From the NCBI GenBank assembly GCA_032718475.1, contig JAUCBJ010007419.1, positions 1 to 64,000 on the forward strand: a stretch of 64,000 nucleotides of DNA. Reading direction: 5' to 3'. The translations under genes and the position numbers were made by a program. Every line of letters starts with the position of its first letter. Position 1 is the first letter of the stretch. Shown in pieces: positions 12,481 to 25,961 of the stretch. The DNA is from Nemertoderma westbladi. Lineage: Eukaryota > Animalia > Xenacoelomorpha. The notes under the pieces were generated by a model, which saw only the letters and a list, made by a program, of their open reading frames with translations, was not told the origin of the DNA and did not search any database.

Positions 12481-15400
12481 AGAAAATGGGATTTAAGTCT
12501 ATAAAATATACAAAATCACAGTTTCTAAAATACGAGAATACTCTAAACAGTTAGTCTTTCTTGCGCAGACGGCGTTTACGCAGTTTTTTAAAGCTAGCAA
12601 GAGTCTTTTTCTCTTTGGGGCGAGCCACTTTACAAGGAGGGCTATAACTCCTGGGTGAAGGGTGCAATATGATTGCATCAGAAGGTGTGGGATTATAGTC
12701 GGGGTATCCGCCGTTTCAATATGTTTCTCCTCGAGCTGATTTTCCTCCGCTCATCGTTGGATACGTTCGTCTAAAACTCTCGCCGAGAATAGGGTCGTCT
12801 AAGTTCAATATCGTCTTAGAGACTATGGATTTCCCAATCGAACTGGGATAAAGCCAATCCGTTTACCGCTTGGACTTGCTGTTATAATTTAGGTTTATCT
12901 GAGCAAACGTAGATTTCTTTTCTGATCTTTGTAGAATAGCGTCTATCTCTTTTCGTACAACGCCCTCCTCCACCTTGATGACAGGTGGTATCGTGTTAAA
13001 CGGGAACGATTCCGATTATACGATTGAATGGCGATATCGGGTGCCCGTGCCCCAATCCGGCCAGGTAAGATGGGCGGATATTTAGGGAGCCCACAACCTG
13101 AGTGCCACCGACTAACGGTTGGGGTAACACTGGATCTCTGAACGGTAAGTACAGTTCGTGATAATCCGTGATACTGTTAGGATCAAGAGTCTGAGGTCTA
13201 ACTAAGGAATGAGGAGGTCTGACCGAGCATTCCGGAACTCAGATCATAGGTCTACTCAAGGATCGCCTGAGTCGAGAGAGCGTGGGTAACACATCGAACA
13301 AGTTTCTCCCGAAACTCCCGCAAACACAGCGAGCAAACCGCGTTCAAAGCAACGTCTCCACTGGTGTTCATGTCTTTCCGTTTGTTGGTTGGTCTAGGGC
13401 ATTTATCGTAATAATACCAAAGACGCACGTCTTGTAGGGGAAACGCGGATGATATTTATTTGTTGTTACAATGCTTCTATCAAGAATTCCAAATATATGT
13501 TGGAGTTACCGCGTTTATTTGTTTCTTTAATGTCTTTTCTTTCGAGTCGATTTCGAATAGGATTTTCGCATTAGAATTTTGGTTTATCGTTTCGACTCCT
13601 CTGGGTAGGATATGTTCGACATAGTCCGTATCGTGTAAATCGATAGAATGGCCAATGGTTAAGAAGTCCATATACATACCATTACAATGCGTGTAGCGAG
13701 CGGTGAATTTTCCATAGCCCAATTCACGCGTAAGTTACTTCCATGAAATCGTAGGCTCGATATAACGACCATCATCCTTCGTAGTAGTTGGACTAGTATC
13801 ACCGCGTATCAAGCTATCAACAAACGCTTGAAAGTAGAGTATATCGCTCCCTGATACCAAGACCATCTTCTATCAACTCCGTCATATCTGCTATATATGA
13901 GTTTATTAATATTATAATGAGTTTATATTTAGGCTAGCGAGCGTCGCTGCCTACCCCAATCAGCCCCCGGACAGTGCGAGATCCTCAGCACCGATGTGTC
14001 GTCGCCGCTGTACTTTCGCCAACGACGTAGCCGCACAACGACAACGACAACCGGTACAAGTCACTCGACTGTCCGTCCCAAAGGCTTAGATACACCTCAG
14101 GTTCTTACTGGAGAGTTAGGGTTACTTTCACAATTGCGACTCGCTACTGTAAACACACCTTAGTAGTAACATTCGCCTATAAACTCACAAATACCACACA
14201 CACAACTTGTCACAAATTACACACACTCGGGTCACTTGTCCGTTAGTCAATGCCTTCCAGAATGTCACTGTATTATTATGTATCCTTGGATACTATCAGT
14301 GCACTATTTATTCCCTATGCTATTCAAGGGGACAAGCTTTCTATTGTTCTTTTAACTCAATTCTAATTCTAGCATGGTTGTTGCTATGGTGACATTATGC
14401 AAAGCTAGCGGTAGAATTAGGGTAATTCCAATGCATACAGATCTGGGATGTTATTTAATAGTAATTCTTTAATGGTCAATGTCCTGTTTTACATATGGCT
14501 TTATGAATTTTATCGGCTATTGACTATGTTTGGGAGACTTTCGCACATTCATACGCATAATAAGATAATCTCCGCTCCCTTGATCTATTAATTAATGGAA
14601 TTTTGGGAATGTTATAAATTGCGCAAAATGGCAATTTATTAAATTCATTAAAAGGCATGAATTTAAATTTATTCCCTGAAATTTTATTATTTGATAATTA
14701 AATTGACATGTTTTGATTCTAGAACATGTCTGGGGACACAAGATCCTTAATTCTATGAAAATTGTCTTTTTAAGAATATCGGTAAATGCTACGATGTCTT
14801 AATTGACTAGAATTGTTGAAGGATCTGAATTTTACAGATTTTGATTTATTAGATTTGCAAATATTAAATTATTAATATTTGAGATGGGCACCGATTTATT
14901 CCAGAACTTGTCTGGGGACGTTAACCACTGATTCTAGAATTTGTCTTTCAAGTATATCGGTGGGTGCCGCGATATCTTAATCGACTAGAATTACAGATGG
15001 TCAAAGGGTTTAACAGATTTATTTTGCGTTATACGCTACTGTTAAAGGGACATCACGCTACTATATGTATTATTTAATATACGGTATGAGAGCAATATCG
15101 CACGAAGCAATGTCAGTGTGAAGAGGCAAGTCGTTTCCAAGGTCTACCCAGAGCTTGGTTTAGCTGAGACACGAGGATCTGAACTTTGCATTCCTAATAC
15201 TCTGCCTACCAATAATACTTGAATATAGTAGTGGCTTTATTGTACTTTAATAAGTACGGACATTTCATCTTACTGTAGTTACGTATATATAATATAATAC
15301 GAACAGTAAGGAAAGAGAAAAAGAATTATTTCTCGCCGTCGCACTAAATATAATATAAGTAATTACGTACGCAATAACATGAACATATTGCACTATTCTA

Positions 15401-15535
15401 CTAAATAATCGCTAAATAATATTCTACTAAATTAAATAAAACGATTATAATAAAATTACATAGTAATACATACATAAATATAAAAATAATAAAATAATAT
15501 AAAATAATAGAGTCACACGCCCACTCCGAACGATA

Positions 15536-18500
15536 TTAAGTTGGGGAGTCCCTAGATGTCGGTTGGATTAGGGAAGTGGTCGTGGGAAGAGTTTCTTGCC
15601 TTCCATAGTTTCCGGAGAGCTCTCTGTCTCTTTCCAGTAAACATAAACGACCCACTGGGCGATTGAGCTGTTGAGTCTCAAAGACTATCCCTGGTTTCTT
15701 AAAGTTACGGCGCATGATGACGAGTTCTACTGATCGCACCAAACCATCGCTCGAGATATGAGTCTCGATGATACGTCCTGTTTGCCATCGCTTACGTGGG
15801 AGATCGGGGTCCACAATAAGCACCATGTCTCCAGCGCTGACGTTTTCTTGCTGAGCAAACCACTTAGTTCGAAGTTGTAGAGTGGGCAGGTAATGTTTCT
15901 CGAAATGGTCAGCGAAACGACGGGATAGCAACTGCATAAGTTGCCAGGTTCGACGGCAGTACTCGTCTCCGTCTGTGATCTCCGATCGTGGGAGCATGGC
16001 TACGGGTTTCTTCAGTAGAAAGTGCGCGGGTGTTAGCGCTTCCAGGGAATCAGGACTTGAAGAGACTGGCATAAGCGGTCTTTCGTTGAGATAGGCGGCG
16101 ATTTCCTCCATTAACGCCCGCAATAGTTCGTCGGTGAGATAAGCGCGACAAGGCACAATAAAGTGGAACGCAGTCTTCACGCTCCTAATCAATCTCTCCC
16201 AACTTCCTCCCCACCAAGGGGCGTCGGCGGCGTTGAAGGTCCAGCTAGACGCTGTTATCCTTAGCTGATCGTCCACCTGTCTTTTGTTCCAGTCCTTTAC
16301 GTAAGCTTGAATTTCGTTGTTGGCGCCAATGAAGTTCGTTCCCTTATCTGATCTCATCGTGTTACTGGTTCTGAAACGAGCAATCTGTCATCGTAAACTC
16401 AACACGAAGCTGTTGGTGGATAGATCGTTTACCATATCGAGATGGATAGCTCTACAAGTCATACAAACGAAGATGACACACCATCTCTTGACTATAGTCC
16501 GGGCACGATATACTTCAATAGGGCCAAATAAATCCACACCGGTATTAGTAAAGGGTGGTTCATAAAAGCTTACTCTTTCCCTAGGTAATTCTGCCTCTCG
16601 CTGTGTCAAAGGCCTACTGAATGCTTTCCTACAGGGTATGCAGTTCCTAAGGACTTGGTTCAGAGCCCTACGGGGTTTATAAAAATAGTAGCGAGTTCGA
16701 ATTTCGCTCAGAACTCGTTCTCTTCCAGCATGATACAGTTTGCTATGAACATCTACAATCATCTTGATTTGTATGTCAAGATTTCTAATAAGTATGGGAA
16801 ATTTAGTGTCAAAGGATAATGGGGCGTTGGTGAGCCTGCCTCCAACACGTATTAACCCATCTATCATGGTACTAGAGAAGCGATCCCTTAAGCGCATCTG
16901 CGGATTTCTTAACAACAGGAAATACTTATCGGGATCCTCATAGCATTGTAGGAGTCTCAGCATCTGTTTGTTGGTTTCATCATGCTCCTGGTAACTGATC
17001 TTCTCCTTTAGAAACCTGTCGGATATCTTGTATTGGGGAAGATCTTTAACAACATGGACTCGTGCAGATGTTGATGGAGCATCATCACTATTGGTCTTTG
17101 TCCCGGAGTAACGATGATGAAAACATCGTTTTAAATAGGTGACGGCTTTACAGAGCCGATTCCAGGAGCTGTAGTGACATATCGCTCTCTGCAAGAGGGG
17201 TGAGAGTCCTTGCGCGATATCTGGTATTCCGGATTTCCAATCCTTGTCACGGATTTCCAAGACTTCTTTAGTCGTGGCGGTGGGTTTCTGATCCAAAGCA
17301 TCCTCTCCAGAAGTAAATAACACAGATAGATCAACCGTAGGTTTAAACAACTTCGATTTACTCGCTCGAGTTTTGGGTTTAACTTTCTCCGCTCCCTTGG
17401 CCTGTCTGATCTCTGCTGTTGTGAGATGGGGAGGCCATTCTTCTTCTTCTCTGTAGAGAAAGTCAGGTCCTCCTAACCATTCGGGAGTATTTACCAATTC
17501 CTTTGGAGTCGCTCCCCTGGAAGCGATGTCTGCTGGATTAATCGTTCCGGGGCAATGTCTCCATTGATCCATCGTCGTGCGACTAAGTATGATGGCTACT
17601 CTGTTGGTAACGAAGACGCTGAACTGACAGACTTCATTGGTTATATACTCTAACACGAGTAAAGCGTCGGTCCAATAGACCGTTTTCTCTAATGGATAGT
17701 CAATCTGTTCTGTTACATTCCGGCCGATGGCTGTAGCGTATAGAGCCGCCTTTAACTCCGCTCGAGGAACTTTCAACTTGTTGTTGATTAATGCCTTAGA
17801 AGTAACCAAGGCGACTTTGATTCCATCCGGAGTTTCCACTCTTAGGTAGGCTACTATACCTATTCCCATATCGCTGGCGTCTCCAAACACATGGAGTTGA
17901 TAGGAATACGTAGGGAGAACATGACCAAAATATGAACGGGAAATTATAAAATCCTCGATAGCTGGCAGAGAATCTTCCCATTTCATCCACTTCTTTAATA
18001 ATTCTCCCTTAAGTGGATCATCCCATGAGTGGTTTTCAAGCCACATTTGCTGTACCAAACTCCGAGCAATCAATATAACTGGGCTAATAAATCCCAATGG
18101 ATCGAAATAAGTGCTCAGTATACTTAAGCAAATCCGTTTGGTTCGAACTGGATTATCTCGCTGTTTTAGCTGGAAAAACAGGATATCTCGCTCTGTGTCC
18201 CATTTCAAGCCGAGTGTCTTGGTTTCTGGCAGATCATCTTTGATCAAATCGAGATCTTTCGCTCCTCGATCTTCCGCAGGGATCGACTCCAGAAACTCAC
18301 GGGAGTTGCTGGTGAATTTCGTTAATCGAAACCCACCTCTTTTTAAGCACTCTACCGTTCCTTTAGCGACCTCAATGGCTTCCTCAACTGATGGAAGGGA
18401 CTTCAGATTGTCGTCCATGTATATGTCTCTCTTGATGTTGTCGATCACTTCCTTAGAGAAGGCCTCTCGGTTGTCCTCTGCAGTGGTACGCACTACCGAA

Positions 18501-21500
18501 CAGGCGTTGGAAGGGCTTGAGATTATCCCAAAGGCCTGGATGGTCATCCAATACTCCACCGGTTTCTGGTTGAGGTCTCCTTCGGGCCACCACAGAAATC
18601 GTAGACTATCTCGATCCCTATCTAGTACCTTGACTTGTAAGAACATGCCTTCTATATCGGAGGCGAAAGCAATCGAATATTGTCTCAATCTTAAAAGAAT
18701 TCCCAACAAAGATTGAAGTAAGTTGGGTCCGGGTAACAATTCAGAGTTAAGGGATTGACCCATGTAAAGAGCGGAGCCATCAAACACTACTCTCACTTCA
18801 TGTGGTTTACCGGGTTTAGGAACGTAATGGTGAGTTAAGTAATACGTTCTTTCAGTCACAGGTGTTTCTTCCGGTACTCTCTCCGCGTATCCCTTACTAA
18901 TAAATTTCTCCAGCTGTGTTTGATACATTGCTTTAGCTGAAGAATTAGCCGTAAGGCATCGATGGAGTTGTGCGATTCTTTTTTCCGCCAAGGGTCTGTT
19001 ATTGATGAACTTCGGTTCTCTCTTGCGGAAAGGTAGACCGACTTCATACCTACCTTGATCTTTGAGGAAACGTGTAGTTGTCTCTTGGATCTGCTTGGCC
19101 CTTTCCTCTTCCACTGACAAGGCTTTATCGTAGGAATTGGGCTCTACCGCCTCTTGCGTAAAGAATCGTACGGCATGTTCATCTCGAGTCTTGGCATTAC
19201 AACGCTCAATGACATCATTTAGCTCGTCGTTATAAGCTTCTCGTTCAGATGGATAAAGAAGTTGACATAAGTTCACTTGGTTTTGCCAAGCCTCGTTTTC
19301 CTTAAGGAGGTCGATGGTATTTTCCTCATCAAAAAGCTGGTGCACGTCGTCGTTATCTGAGGAGTATGGGGTTCCCTCAGTTAAATCGTCTCCCTCACTA
19401 GTATCATCTTCCCATTCACTCACCTGGTAGACGCGCTCTTGCGGTAGTCTTTCTCTGAGTGTTCTACGGGAAGGGCCAGTAAAGTACCAACCTACTCTAG
19501 TTCTTACCGCATAGGTCTGTAGTGGCTGCGGTTGAGCAGGCCGTTTCTCCAATGTCTCCAGCGCCTCATGCGCGTTTTGGCCGATGAGTATTTGCACTCC
19601 AGGATAATCAGTCTGGAATCGAGGTATGTTAAGATGTTGGATGCTCTCATCCTCGTCCCAATTATAAAGGTCTGCTTGAGTAGTAGCGAAGTTCTTTATA
19701 GCCACCATTTTCACTGACCTTATGCTATGTTCTCCTAGTTCGTCCTGGGGGGTGGACAATGCTCCTACATAATAATCCGCGGTTATTGTAGATTTCCAAA
19801 CTTGCATAATGCCGGACATGTTGAGCTTAGTTTGGAACTTGGGTTGTTCAGCAAATATATCTTCGGCTAGCTCTTTGTCGATGAATGTTCCTGTACTACC
19901 GGAGTCAAGGAGGGCGTTCACTACATAACTCCTCTTAGGTCCGTGAACCCTTACTTGCACCACAGGAAACTCTCGGATCCCTACATTGGAAGATGGCTCT
20001 TTCCAAGATGGTTGTCGTTCAGAAGTGGTTAGAGTGAAGTCGCTGTCTGTATCCTTTTCATATGTGAGTGCTCGATACACTGCGATATTTATCATATAAC
20101 AGGATTCGTTTTCGTCGGAGAACTCGTCCGTATAGAATCCTTCCATGTCAGATTGATCAGTGTCGTTCACATCACTGAATTGGACATGTAGTTCGGAATC
20201 ACTTACCTGATTAGGACTATTTCGATCGAATTCAGCGTGCAACAAGATATGATGTTTCGCACCACACTTTGCACACCTTATGTCTGAGTAACAGGTTCGC
20301 CGTTGATGTCCTTGTCTGAGGCAATTATAACACAACCGCTTGTCCCACATGACTTCACGTCTCTCAGTTAATGATTTCTTTAGAAATTCATCACACATAT
20401 TCAAGCGATGGGTCCCATCACATAGCGCACATTTTGGTTTGATGTTACTCACCTTAATCTGAGTCACATTGTGTACACTTGCCTTTTCTTCGGGCTTTCT
20501 CACCGGAATTCTCTTGGGAGACGTGGGAGGAGTTTTTCTTACCTGTTCTCTCCTGTCATTTGCTCGAGACTTGAATTTACTTACCTGATCTTTAGGCATT
20601 TTATTGACATAATAAGATCTATCAGTGTCTTTCCCGCTATCTTCTCCTTGAGAAGTCTGGCTTTCGCCGTCGTCTGTATAACACACTGGTGTTACCTTTC
20701 TCCTAGAGACGGGTTTTTCACTTACCTTGTTTTCCGGTGTCTTCTCTCTGGACAGTTTCAGGAGCTGTAATTTCACTTCTCCATCTAGGAATGACATGAG
20801 ATCAGCCATGGTAGGGTCTCGTCGTTGTTGTTCCATCATATATAACACTTTCTTATCCCAGCGTGTACCTACTCCACCCTTCGGTAAAGTAGAAGCCACT
20901 GCTCTAATAACCATAGCATTCTGATACTCCTGAGACTTACCTAGCCAATCTAATTGTCTACAGATCTCATGAATCTCATCGGAAAACTCGATAATTCCGC
21001 TGCTAATAAACTTTTGGGGCGCTACCAACTTTGCGTACAAATACCCAGCGATGTTATTCCTATTACCATACCTGATGTTTAGTGTATCCCAAACTTGTCT
21101 TAATCCGTCTGGATGTCCAATAAACTTTAACGCCATTAACTTGGGAGATCCTTCCAAGCACTCGATGAGGTATCTAAGTTTTTCTCCATTAGATAGTACA
21201 GAATTCTGTATGTTATCTTTGTAATATTCATTAAAAGGTAACCATTTCATCTCATCTCCATTGAACTTGACAATCTCTCCCACCTTCACCGCTTGCCGGG
21301 CTTCGGTTCTAGCCATTTGACGCGTAAAACTTTCTTGGGCCATCGTCTTATTTAATATCGAGTTATCGGTATATAAATTTCTCGGATTATGATCAGGTCT
21401 ATAGGGAATGTCATTATCAACAGGTCTATAATTACCCTTAATAGGGTTCACTATAGGAGTTTCTACTTCGCTAGCAGTATATATGCGTGTAGGCTCCACA

Positions 21501-23701
21501 CCTTGCGCATGAGATACTTCAGACCTAACAGGTTGACACATTGTTACCGAGGGTGGTGGTATTTGTGTATTTACTAATTTATCGCGTTCTAGCGCGATAC
21601 TTTGCTGCACTTCTTGCAACTCTAGCCTACTTTCCCTTACTGTGCCCTTGAATTGCTGAACAGTCTCCTGCATCTGCCCGAGCAGGAGATCCATCCCCCG
21701 CCGTCTCTCGTCCACCCATTCGACCGCCGAAGCGGGAGTCGCTAACGTTGTAGCGGGCGGACGAGGGACAACGGGCGACAAATCATGAATATTTCGCTCG
21801 GGGTCCAGGACTTGAACTGTCTCCTGGGCAGTTCTACTGGGCACAGGTAGCTTAGTGCTATGCAGAGGGAATTTAGAGGTAGCTTCAGGGAGCACAGGTG
21901 TATCTATCACCGAAGGGGTGATTTCAAGAACAGGCCTAATTATTTCAGGCTCATCTACTATAGTAGGGAGTCTTTCTATTTTAATTATTTGGTCTGTGGG
22001 CTCTGTACTACCTAAGTTGGTGTTATTTAGTTGCCTTCTAACAGCTGGAGGCAAATCAGGCAATTTCTGACGGTGGAATGTTCTTTTACGTCTGCTTAGA
22101 CGAGATCTATTTCCTTTGCCTTCAGTATCGGTGGTATCGCCTTCCTCAGATGATGTATATCCCTGTCTTTTGGGAGTAGATCGATTCATCATCTGCATAT
22201 TACTAGCTGTTAACTGTTTATTTATGCAGTCTTGATTCTCCTGAATGTTTTCCAATTCTAATTGGATGGTTTCTTCAGCCGCTCTCCGTTCTGCTTCTGC
22301 CACTGCCTCTGCCGCTTTTCTTTCCGCTTCGGCCGCTGCCATTGCCGCCTTTCTTTCTGCTTCTGCCGCTGCCATTGCCGCCTTTCTTTCTGCTTCTGCC
22401 GCTTTTGCCTCTGCCGCTGCCTTTGCCGCTGCCGCTGCCGCTTTTCTTTCAGCTTCGGCCGCTTTTGCCTCTGCCGCTGCCGCTGCCGCTTTTCTTTCTG
22501 CTTCTGCAGCTACCACTGCTGCTTTCTTTCTGTCTTCTATGCGTTTTTTCTTTACTTGTTCTTCTTGGACTCGTGTCAGGCGGAGTTGTTCATCAAATTT
22601 AGCCTGATTCGCAGCCCTCATTTCCACATCGATGGCATCCAACACAAGCTTGGTTCCTTCACTATTAGGGCTAAGTCCCTCTAACCTTCTCCTCAACTCG
22701 TCATCACCTAAAAAACGTTGATAGTCTGACAGATAGATGTCAATGGCATCCCTCTTATGCGGTTTCTCTGCCGTCGCTTCACTTTCCACTTGGGAAAAAG
22801 TAGCTTCTGTTGATTCTCCATGGGTTGAGCGCTCCTCCAGCTGAGCTTTCCACTGAGCTGTTCCTTGAACCTGGAGACTCACCCTTTGAAACCAAGTCTT
22901 TACGGCAACTTGCAACGACGTGTCTTGCCTTCGTTTAGAAGCCTCCTCAAAGGCCGATAATATTAGCCTGATTCGTAGAATTCTTTCTCTAACTTGATAA
23001 AGCAGTTGTCCCTGCTCTTGAGGTCCTTGTGGTTGTTGAAACAGTTGTCCTTTTACTCGCTCCATAGAGCTGAAGAATCCCTGTGCGTATCCGGCTGCGG
23101 ACCTCTTCCACACAGCTGGATCGATGGTTTCCTTGGCTACTCCCATCCGGTGTATGTCTTCCCAGGCAGCTTCTGATAAATCAAACGGGAGTCCGGGTCT
23201 GGGGAAGTTCCATTGCGACTCGACCATGGACTTCAGTTCTTCCCTTGTGTATCCAGCATAACTATCTCTAGTTGAACGCTGGCTTCTCGCCCAATCGATC
23301 TGGTGTTCTTCCACAGCGATCAATAACCTAGTGAGTACGGCTGCAGGAAGGATGAGAAGGGGATCCGAATAAACCGCATCCATCATCTTTGCTCCGCGTT
23401 CTGGTGTCAGTTCTACAGTATCCTCACTACTGGAGCTGTTGGGCCGTTGAGAAGTAAGTTCTTGGCTCGCGGGTTGTTGCTGTTCCGCTGCTTCTTGGTC
23501 CCGCTTGACCTGAGCTCGAGTGCCTATGATAGACCTACGATGTTGGACCAGCCTAGGTTCTTTTATTACTACTGGAGGGATGACCTTCCTCACCGTGGGA
23601 GGTGAACTGAACTTACGACTAGACGGTTCTACACCTTTATCTGAGTCGCAGATAGTTACATCTAATAAACTGTCTGACAGGTTCTGCTTAGTATCAGACA
23701 T
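15536..23701 (-). CDS. BEL/Pao Gag-Pol polyprotein (~2720 aa) with a single in-frame TGA at 16388-16390 inside integrase
   Basis: The 2437-aa and 273-aa ORFs are in the same frame. Motifs: CALC..H..C/CYNC..H..C/CAKC..HH.LLH, ALLDSGS, IYMDD, FGDAS, PRAEL, YWTDA, NPADIASRG, HAG..CIPC, GVDLFGP, SDKGTNF, GGSWERL. Ala/Glu-rich AEAERKAA repeats in Gag (22260-22520). Confidence 0.95.
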
Positions 23702-25078
23702 GTTTATGTGTACAGTTGAATGTCTACTGCTGTATTACAGTCTGAGCAAGTCTAGTAACTCAGTATTAACTGATAGCCTAGTAATTAATTACCGGTACTG
23801 CTACTCAGTGTAGCGTTATATATATAATATATTAGAATACCGGTATGCTTAGAGTATATATAACTATTATTACAGACTAGGTTTATCACAGAATACCGGT
23901 ATAATTTTAGCACAAATATATATAAATATATAATAGGCCTATCGGGAATACCGGTATACAACTTACAGTTTTGTAGTATATATAATTATAATTCTGGACT
24001 AGAATTAATTATAAAGTACCGGTATAGTTTCAGCCTAAATTTATAGAAATAAAGATAATAGGCCTATCGTAAATACCGGTATATCAATTATTTTAAATAA
24101 TTGAATTTCTGAATTTTTGGGTTACTTGGTTACTTTACTTACTTTATTACCGTTATTTGAGCAGTAATCCAACTGATATTGAGACCTAATGGTTGTATGG
24201 TAGGCCTACTATTTATAAATCGTTAGATTTGATTTATAATATATATATACCCGTTTTAATGGGTTTTTTCAATGTTTGAAATAAATGTTATTATTTCTGG
24301 GGAGTAATTACTACACAAAGCGGTACGCTTTCAGTGAAGTGTTACTTATAGGACACTAAAACAAATAATGCTAATTTACCTAAGTTACTTAATACTACAA
24401 ATTACGTACGATTCGGGTTGAGATTACAATCTCTAAATAAACACAAAAATTTACAAAAACACAAAATACGAATTTTTAGGGTAATTTTACAAGAAGTCTA
24501 CAAACCAGCCTAACAAAGGGTTAGAATTCTGGTTATTACAACGGACAGGGTACTGCGGTATTTGAAAATAATACGTAGTAGTAAATACACTGCGTTGTCC
24601 AGATAGGAAAATACCACCGCCTGACGACCTATAGCCGTATCGCTATAGGTACTACATTATGTATCACGGAGTGTTCCCACCTAGAAGTTAATAGAGCTAA
24701 TCGAATGTGCCTATCAACCACTTTACAACACAAATATAATGTCTACACTAATTACTTTCGGAAAGCACTGTACACTAAACCCTAAATTAGGTACGAGTAC
24801 TTGTACAACATATAATCAGTAGTTAAATATACTTGAACAGTTAAAAGAACCACGGCATCTGCTGGAGTGACCAGTGCACAAAATCACCAGTCTTTACCTA
24901 CGCCAAGCAGCCCGTATAGTACCGGGGTTAATTTAACTATAACGGTATGTATAACAAACACAATTATTGTAGGAACAAACTTGGGGAATGAATGTTGCGA
25001 ATAATCGCATAAACTCTGAATAATAAATATTACGCTACGCGTACAAACCACTCAAACAAAATGCAGACCAAATACTGA

Positions 25079-25595
25079 CAGACTACCATCAAGCCTAAAT
25101 AAACTACAGGACATGCAGACTCCGAAATGATTAGGTAGTATGCGTTCTAACCCAGTAGTACGACTTATTCTTTAGTTGGGGGTTTACCTTACAGCATTGG
25201 CTGCCCCTACTTCCTAACCGTTCTTTATCGGACAGAGGCTCTACACACACTGCAATCCGTTCAGACCTAATAACAGCCAGACAACTATCCAGCCTACAAA
25301 TTATCTAAATAAATATTATACGCTACCAGTACAGACTTACACAAACAAAGTACAGACTCAACGATGGCAGACTACTCTCAAGCCTAAATAAACTACAGGA
25401 CATGCAGACTCCGAAATGATTAGGTAGTATGCGTTCTAACCCAGTAGTACGACTTATTCTTTAGTTGGGGGTTTACCTTACAGCATTTGCTGCCCCTACT
25501 TCCTAACCGTTCTTTATCGGACAGGTGATCTACACACACTGTAATCCGTTCAGACTTAACAGCAATCAGACAACAGCCCAGCCTACAAATTGTCT
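25079..25595. repeat. ~225-bp direct repeat pair (289-bp spacing) in the long 5' UTR of element 2
   Basis: AAGCCTAAATAAACTACAGGACATGCAGACTCCG...CCAGCCTACAAATT occurs at ~25091 and ~25380. Confidence 0.9.
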
Positions 25596-25948
25596 GTACA
25601 ATATGATCAGGCTTACACGCCTTCTGTTCAATACTGGCCTACAAACAAATAAAACTGACAGAAATAAGTAAGCTCCAAAAGAAACAAGGGGTGTACAGTC
25701 CCTAATCTCTTAAACAGCCTACCGGTATACAACAATCAAATCGAATAATACTAATGTACTTATACGGGAAGTACCGGTTAGGACAGTTAGGCCTACAGAC
25801 CTACAGAAGTACCGGTTCTGGCAGTTGGACCTACGGACCTACGGCAGTACCGGTTCTGGCAGTTGGGCCTACTGACCTACAGATGGACCGTTCAGGTTTA
25901 CCGGTTGACCGGTACTTTCAACTTTATTGCTTACTGCAATAAAGAAGT

Positions 25949-25961
25949 ATATATCCGTTAT
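25949..25961 (-). promoter_or_regulatory. Primer-binding-site position of element 2: non-tRNA sequence ATAACGGATATAT, complementary to its own LTR
   Basis: Directly follows the 5' LTR end on the minus strand and lacks TGG. Perfect 13-nt complement at 26719-26731 (and 12056-12068). Confidence 0.7.

Noticed and set aside
16388-16390. Programmed stop readthrough in pol
   Set aside because: Falls at a conserved Arg within the integrase core; a CGA>TGA mutation is simpler.
18111-18716. 201-aa antisense ORF and other ORFs opposite gag-pol, NPRL2 and the transposase
   Set aside because: Shadow ORFs of real coding strands with no motifs.
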